NCBI RefSeq assembly: GCF_947568905.1 | Contig: NC_079167.1 | Span: 83,390,001 to 83,454,000 of the forward strand | DNA length: 64,000 nucleotides | DNA from: Ostrea edulis | Lineage: Eukaryota | Direction: 5' to 3' | In this document: positions 61,901 to 64,000 of the stretch, piece by piece | Layout of the letters: the number at the start of each line of letters is the position of its first letter | Numbering within the stretch: position 1 is the stretch's first letter | Program-made: the position numbers and the translations under genes | Notes under the pieces: model-generated | Database searches by the model: none | Seen by the model: only the letters and a program-made list of their open reading frames with translations | What the model was told of the DNA's origin: nothing

Positions 61901-62130
61901 ATTCTTGGATAGGAGTGAAATGGATCATATTATATCCGGTCTCGTAGGACACTTTGAGCCTCCCCTCCCATTCAGGGAAGGGACCTAGAAGTTTGGAGAT
62001 GACAGACTGACACTGAATGCTGTCCAAACTCAGTTCTTCGTTTTCCTCATCTTCACAGTCATCGGTAGAAAATGACAGGACTGGGTCCACCAGAAAGTAG
62101 CCCTCCCCATCTGCATGTTGTTTGTCTTTA
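40910..62130 (-). CDS. AGL: Glycogen debranching enzyme (4-alpha-glucanotransferase / amylo-alpha-1,6-glucosidase), 5'-partial, about 1459 aa in window
   Basis: 26 phase-consistent exons (5' to 3'): 61551-62130, 60573-60681, 60366-60483, 59145-59357, 57809-57948, 57529-57716, 57241-57364, 56964-57127, 55010-55111, 54728-54880, 54474-54624, 53651-53870, 53154-53425, 52286-52419, 51675-51808, 51001-51158, 50798-50900, 50359-50581, 50105-50216, 48819-48954, 48569-48681, 48236-48447, 47266-47363, 42742-42829, 41227-41415, 40910-41056. Motifs: [99 protein letters not shown]. About 100 N-terminal aa were not found. Confidence 0.97.
41788..42532. mobile_element. HINE/pearl-like element in an AGL intron
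   Basis: Starts AACAAGAG; internal tandem units of about 125 bp (GACCTTGAAAAACAATAGG); (GACA/GACG) microsatellite; terminal hairpin CCCGTCTTCGACGGG followed by CGTATAAAAA. Confidence 0.6.
42880..43185. repeat. Minisatellite of about 48-50 bp, about 6 units
   Basis: TACATAAACATTA..GACTG(TG)CTTAAATCTTTAGACTC(A/T)TGTAA. Confidence 0.85.
44539..46827. mobile_element. Non-autonomous Tc1/mariner (pogo-like CAGT end) element containing the TGGAG MITE
   Basis: TA|CAGTGAAACTTCTC..GAGAAGTTTCACTG|TA, with subterminal CCGGCC/GGCCGG repeats. Confidence 0.82.
45277..46287. mobile_element. Second full copy of the TGGAG 21-bp-unit MITE
   Basis: Same TIRs, TA at 45275-76 and 46288-89, and the same internal units. 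Confidence 0.88.
47945..48203. repeat. 29-bp minisatellite
   Basis: Unit TATGTCACCTGACTGGGTGAACTAATCAG, with half-unit variants. Confidence 0.93.
51165..51380. repeat. 57-bp tandem repeat, about 4 units
   Basis: AAAATCTTGTAATCAAGAACATTTTTATAAGGAGAGATAAAAGTATGTATTATATAC. Confidence 0.88.
52424..53097. repeat. Two adjacent minisatellites (40-bp x about 6; 39/40-bp x about 11) filling one AGL intron
   Basis: AAAATAAACAATTCTAGTGACGTCTCTGAAAGTTTCATGT (52424-52660), then TAATTAATCTAGCGATTCCTAGATACCTTTTCTGATCTA (about 52674-53097). Confidence 0.92.
55306..56937. mobile_element. Non-autonomous TA-flanked element (CAGGTAAAC termini) in an AGL intron, with a nested insert
   Basis: TA|CAGGTAAAC..GTTTACCTG|TA, with subterminal TTCGAGATA/TATCTCGAA repeats at both ends. 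Confidence 0.75.
55427..55896. mobile_element. Nested CAG..CTG element with a 5-bp TSD
   Basis: CAGCGGGTTTTTTC..GAAAAAAATCACTG, flanked by CATGT on both sides; internal TTCCCAAT repeats. Confidence 0.6.
58002..58872. mobile_element. HINE/pearl-like element in an AGL intron
   Basis: AAACAAGAG start, repeated TGACCTTG/GGGGTCATCT/GTACCAAGTTTG units, and an end at GAAGGGGGGCATAAAAA. Confidence 0.6.
59425..59680. mobile_element. HINE-like 3' fragment
   Basis: GGTCAAAATTGGCC..GTTCTCAAGAAGTTGAAAATGTGAAA..AAAAGCTCACTTAAACTTTTAGTTCAGATAAGCT is the same end as 30780-31210. Confidence 0.5.
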
Positions 62131-64000
62131 CTGTCAAAATACAGTGATGTTAGAGTTACCATACACTTAGGACATGTTCCATGAAAAAGGCTTGTATTGA
62201 CTCCCATTTGGAATGTTTTTTCAAAGTGCCAAACTGTGGTAATTTTTTGTGGTAACTAAAAATATTAATACTCAGGATGAAGAAAATGTAAAAAATAAAA
62301 TTATAAAAGTATTCTTTCACTTTTAATTTCATTTTTTTAAAAACGGTTACTAACGTCACATTTTTATGACGGAACACTTGACGGAAAATGAATTAGCAAT
62401 TAATAAATCTTCTGTTTACTAAATAAGTTATGAAATTATTTAACTACATGGCTCTCTTAATGAAAGGTTTAAATGTAATCTATATACATTACATCGAGAC
62501 CAATGTTTGTTGTGCTTTAATAATGACTCCGAATCTTTTATTTTCTGTCAATGCTAATGTCGGTTCTTGACGGAACTTTTTTTATGCTAATGTTATTGTT
62601 TGACGGAACAAAATCTTGCAGAACTTTTTCGCAGTGATGTATATCATGACAGAGTACAAGTAGTTTCCCATGATGAGTTTTTATTGCAATAAAATAGTCT
62701 TTGAATTCATAAACCGGTAGTTTGACGTACAATTTAGTATAAATAGAACGATTTCTTATGCTAACGTCACATGTTGCTAACATCAGCAATTTTGACAGAA
62801 AGTCTATCGCTTGAAGTTTTACGTAAATCTGGATACCTCATTCACTCAACCTGCCATTCAATTGGAAAATCCCATTACAACGCCCCTTGCAGGGAGAGGT
62901 GTAATAATAATAAAGAACCACAACTCTTACAATGGTTTGGTAAAGAAGTGTGCTAATGTCACATTGTGTCGGGTAGAGTTTGACAGAATGATGTTAGACC
63001 AAATATCAATGTAATTTCTTAAGTTAAATATTTTGTTTAAAGAAAATAAAATCTGTTCCACAATTTCATTATGACTTTTAATGCTTAATTCCAGAAAAAT
63101 AATCAAAGCAAATTGTTTTGCAGTACATCTCTATGTACATATGTACATTAGTGCTAACGTCAATATGTTTGACAGAACGAAATTTACAAAAACTGCTTAC
63201 TTTGAATTTACTTTTGTATAATTTGTTTTCATAAATAGTTTGCAATTTTTTTAATAAAAATTAAGTAAAAGTACATACATTTTTTTTACATCTTTTTCGC
63301 CCCTTGTTTTCTTATTTAAGTTGAAATAAAGTACCTGAGAAGGTGGGTACCACTTCTCACGGGAGTTAATTCTGTCAATTTTTCTCATATTTTGAACATT
63401 CACACACCAAAATAATTTTAACAATTTATGTGTGGCAAAATATTTTTGATTTTATAATTAACTCTAGTCCATTCAAGTTTGTAATTAAAAACATTCTTTA
63501 CTTTTTGAGCATATTTATTTTTAAATACGGAGGGGAAAAAATTGACGGACATTTTATGCTAATTTGGTGGAATATGTCTTAGGCATTAAAGACTTGCTGT
63601 ATGAAAAGCCATGCATACAAATTGTATCTCATTACGATGCTTCTGTTTGTGCCTATTCATCCGAGATACAAAAAACAGAGCAATATGACTATTTCGTTTT
63701 CTTGTACATTTATAAAAAACAGAGCAATATGACTATTTCGTTTTCTTGTGCATTTATTAATAGCAAGCACTTCCTTAGAAAATACCTGGAATGAAAAAGT
63801 GGCCTATATATATTCCTTTAGTTAGGAATGTATTTAGTTAAAATATATCTTGTTTATAACTTCCTTAAAGCTTTATATCTGTAACAAAATAAGCAATAGG
63901 AAATGTTCAGCATAATTTGATGACTCGGTGCAGGTTATGAATAATCCCAGGTATGACAAATAAGCAGAGTCAGTGAATTTACATCTCCCACTTCAAATTC

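Overview
This is eukaryotic, intron-rich, AT-rich animal genomic DNA. The repeat families suggest a bivalve mollusc, probably an oyster (inference). No prokaryotic operons, CRISPR arrays or rRNA genes were found. Five protein-coding genes can be rebuilt by hand from GT-AG exons with consistent phases: (1) the 3' half (TM5 to C-terminus) of a class A neuropeptide-type GPCR, + strand, 6396-11262; (2) THUMPD1, +, 20658-22068; (3) a C2H2 zinc-finger protein with a non-finger N-terminal domain, +, 25939-30154; (4) a 132-aa stand-alone CS/p23-like protein, +, 34527-37115; (5) glycogen debranching enzyme AGL, - strand, 26 exons, 62130 to 40910, whose first exons were not found in the window. The rest is a dense, often nested mobilome. 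It includes Penelope-like retroelement 3' ends, one decayed full-length Tc1 transposon, LINE remnants, tRNA-derived SINEs, Helentron-type non-autonomous elements, several MITE classes with diagnostic 5-, 7/8-, 9/10-bp or TA target-site duplications, and about ten minisatellites. I found no complete novel multi-gene system. The best leads are: a TA-flanked MITE family built from 21-bp quasi-palindromic units that read as leucine-heptad ORFs on both strands; a 26-bp intronic satellite made of AP-1/CNC-sMaf sites; a satellite that begins exactly at the GPCR stop codon; a conserved structured 3' end on Naiad-like Penelope elements; an unassigned CS-domain protein; and a C-terminal extension on AGL carrying an RRNS kinase motif. 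All coordinates were counted by hand and may be off by a few bases.
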